A DNA stretch of 64,000 bases. It comes from Candidatus Zymogenaceae bacterium. GTDB taxonomy: Bacteria > Desulfobacterota > Zymogenia > Zymogenales > Zymogenaceae. Shown one piece after another: positions 61,715 through 64,000 of the stretch. Position numbers and translations under genes: made by a program. Location of the stretch: assembly GCA_016933535.1 (NCBI GenBank), contig JAFGAS010000086.1:74392-138391 (forward strand). The letters run 5' to 3'. A model generated the notes under the pieces. It had not been told where the DNA came from, did no database searches, and saw nothing but the letters and a program-made list of their open reading frames with translations. Positions within the stretch are counted from its first letter, which is position 1. Each line of letters begins with the position of its first letter.

Positions 61715-62170
61715 ATGCCTTCTCTCAAGGACAGACTGGATACCGACCTCAAGGAGGCCCAAAAGGCCAGAGATACGATCCGCGTCAGCGTCATACGAAT
61801 GCTCAAGACCGCTATAAAAAACCGAGAGGTTGAGAAGATCGGGGAGCTGACAGAACAGGAACTCCTTCAGGCCGTCAACTCACAAATCAAGGCCCGCCTG
61901 GAGGCCGTCGAGGGGTTTAGGAAAGGGGGCCGTGAGGAGGCCGCGAAAAAAGAAGAGGCCGAAATGGTGATCCTGAAGGCCTATCTTCCCGAGCAGCTTA
62001 CTAAAGAGGAAATCGAGTCCCTTATCGATAAGGCAATAGCCGAGACCGGCGCCGCCGGCCCCAGAGACATGGGCAAGGTCATGAAGGCGCTTATGTCCGA
62101 TGTTACCGGAAAGGCCGACGGAAAGCTCGTCAGCGAGTTGGTAAAAGAGAAACTATCCTCAGTGTCATAA
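61715..62170 (+). CDS. GatB/YqeY domain protein
   Basis: LKDRL..DLKEAQKARD, IRMLKTAI, YLPEQL, DMGKVMKAL, GKADGK. Confidence 0.92.
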   Translation: MPSLKDRLDTDLKEAQKARDTIRVSVIRMLKTAIKNREVEKIGELTEQELLQAVNSQIKARLEAVEGFRKGGREEAAKKEEAEMVILKAYLPEQLTKEEIESLIDKAIAETGAAGPRDMGKVMKALMSDVTGKADGKLVSELVKEKLSSVS

Positions 62171-62279
62171 AGTTGTGACATATATTTTCTCAGAACTTCT
62201 CGACAACAAAGGGGCGTAACCGTCGCCGGACAAATACAAAGGGGGGCATTTCCCGCCGCCCATTCCCAAGAAAGTGCAG

Positions 62280-64000
62280 ATGGACAAGCGCACGCTTGAG
62301 GTTCTGGAATATCCGAAAATCCTAAAGATCCTCGCGGACTTTGCATCGACCATTCCGGGAAGCGAGGACTGCCTCGATCTTTTTCCGGAAACAAATTCCG
62401 CGGGTGTCTCCAGAATCCAGACGATCGTTAAAGAGATCAGGGAGATTAGCGCCGTCGAGGGGAAACTCCCGTTCGGCGGGATCTGCGCGATCGACCACCT
62501 CCTCTCCCAGCTCGCGGTGCAGGGCGCGCATCTTTCCTCCCACGAAATTCTCGATATCGCCGGAAACCTGTCCGGCCAGCGGATACTGAAATCATTGCTG
62601 GCCACCTTGTCCGAACGATACCCGAATGCCGCCGGCCTCGTCTCTTCTATCGTGTCCATGAAGGGGCTCGAGTCCCAGATAGAATCGGCTGTAGGCCCCC
62701 AGGGAGAGATCCTCGACGGCGCCAGCGACCACCTCAGAGAGATTAGAAAGCGCGTTAGAAGCGCCCGTGACGAGCTCAACAGGACGCTCCTTACCGTTAT
62801 GGGATCGTCGTCGACCAAGGAGGCCCTACAGGAACCTATCGTAACCCAGAGAAACGGACGTTATGTCCTGCCGATCAAGGCGGAATATAAGGGGAAGATC
62901 CAGGGGATTGTCCACGATCGTTCCCAATCGAGCCAGACCCTGTTCATCGAGCCGATCTCCGTTATGGAGAAAAACAACGAGCTCTCATCCTTTACGAAAG
63001 AAGAAAAGGATGAAGAGCTCAGGGTCCTGAAGCGGATCTCGGCAGAGATCGCGCTGGAGAGAGATACCATCGCTCAGAACCACCGCGCCGTCATCGAGAT
63101 CGATACCCTGGCGGCACGCGCTTTGTTCGGCGAGGCCCTAAACGGGGTCTCGGCCGAGATCGACGATTCCGGGAAGGTCTCGTTTATCGAGGCCCGGCAC
63201 CCGCTGTTGCTCCACAGCGGTTACAAAAACGGCTCACACGAATTTTCCAGCCACGCCATCCCGATCGATATTGCCATCGGCGGAGACAAGAAGCTGGTCG
63301 TCCTATCCGGTGCCAATACCGGCGGCAAGACCGCCGCCCTCAAAACCCTCGGCCTGCTCTCCCTGATGTTCATGACGGGCATCCCGATTCCGGTGGCCGA
63401 GGGAAGCAGGGCGGTCGTTTTCTCGGATCTTTTTGCCGATATCGGCGACGAGCAGGACATAGAGGGCAAGCTTTCCACCTTCTCGGCCAAGGTGGAACGG
63501 CTCAAATATATCCTCTCGCAGGCAGGTCCCGGCTCTCTGGTCCTCATTGACGAGATCATGTCGGCCACCGACCCCGACCAGGGGAGTGCTTTGGCCATGG
63601 CGTCGATGGATTATTTATTGAGTAAAAATGCAACTATTCTCATCACGACGCATCTAAACACTTTGAAGACATATGCCCTGAATCGAGCTGACTCGGTTAA
63701 CGTGTCGGTTACCTTTGACGAGATGAGCCGTACCCCTCTTTACATCCTTCATTACGGAACGCCGGGGGGAAGCAATGCAATTGCCGTCGCACAGTCTCTC
63801 TCTCTTCCTCCCGAGGTTATCTCCCGCGCGAAGGAAAACCTCTCTGACGAATCGAGAAAACTCACGAGCCTTATCACCAAGCTCGAACGTGATCGAAGAA
63901 TCGTTCAGACCCAGCGGAGGGCCGTCGAAACCCTCAGGAAGGATCATCAATCCCTTACCAAAGAGCTAGCCGGATTGGTTGAGACAATCAATGCGAAGCG
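62280..64000 (+). CDS. mutS2: Endonuclease MutS2 (5' part; runs off the window)
   Basis: Not in the ORF track because there is no stop. MDKRTLEVLEYPKIL, RNGRYVLPIK, GIVHDRSQSSQTLFIEP, ARHPLL, SGANTGGKT, DIGDEQ, LSTFS, TTH, GTPGGSNA. Confidence 0.93.
   Translation, partial: MDKRTLEVLEYPKILKILADFASTIPGSEDCLDLFPETNSAGVSRIQTIVKEIREISAVEGKLPFGGICAIDHLLSQLAVQGAHLSSHEILDIAGNLSGQRILKSLLATLSERYPNAAGLVSSIVSMKGLESQIESAVGPQGEILDGASDHLREIRKRVRSARDELNRTLLTVMGSSSTKEALQEPIVTQRNGRYVLPIKAEYKGKIQGIVHDRSQSSQTLFIEPISVMEKNNELSSFTKEEKDEELRVLKRISAEIALERDTIAQNHRAVIEIDTLAARALFGEALNGVSAEIDDSGKVSFIEARHPLLLHSGYKNGSHEFSSHAIPIDIAIGGDKKLVVLSGANTGGKTAALKTLGLLSLMFMTGIPIPVAEGSRAVVFSDLFADIGDEQDIEGKLSTFSAKVERLKYILSQAGPGSLVLIDEIMSATDPDQGSALAMASMDYLLSKNATILITTHLNTLKTYALNRADSVNVSVTFDEMSRTPLYILHYGTPGGSNAIAVAQSLSLPPEVISRAKENLSDESRKLTSLITKLERDRRIVQTQRRAVETLRKDHQSLTKELAGLVETINAK

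Overview
64 kb of GC-rich, largely core chromosome from a Gram-negative bacterium with deltaproteobacterial (Desulfobacterota-like) gene order. Main blocks: cysS...uvrB...uvrC, fadD-comEC, metF-ogt-murJ/rpsT/holA-lptE-leuS, the rpoN-hpf-ptsN-hprK-rapZ-PTS(IIA/B/C/D)-HPr-EI-metK-ahcY cluster, and yqeY-mutS2 (truncated by the window end). I saw no rRNA, tRNA, CRISPR array, prophage or intact transposase. The best candidate for an undescribed system is 30098-35183. There an AmmeMemoRadiSam module appears to be exported: the radical SAM enzyme has a twin-arginine signal plus lipobox, and the Memo-AMMECR1 fusion has a Sec signal plus lipobox. It converges on a 14-TM MFS-like protein whose spermidine-synthase-fold domain is predicted to face outward and lacks the aminopropyltransferase catalytic residues, which suggests an extracytoplasmic SAM-dependent system. 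Other observations: rapZ apparently starts at an ATC codon behind a perfect SD; a decayed RAYT (Y1 transposase) relic with flanking repeats is missed by the ORF track; a single AT-rich membrane ORFan sits inside the amr operon; two genes look leaderless; HPrK is kinase-domain-only; and there are several operator-like palindromes. All family calls come from motif recognition by eye, not from database searches.
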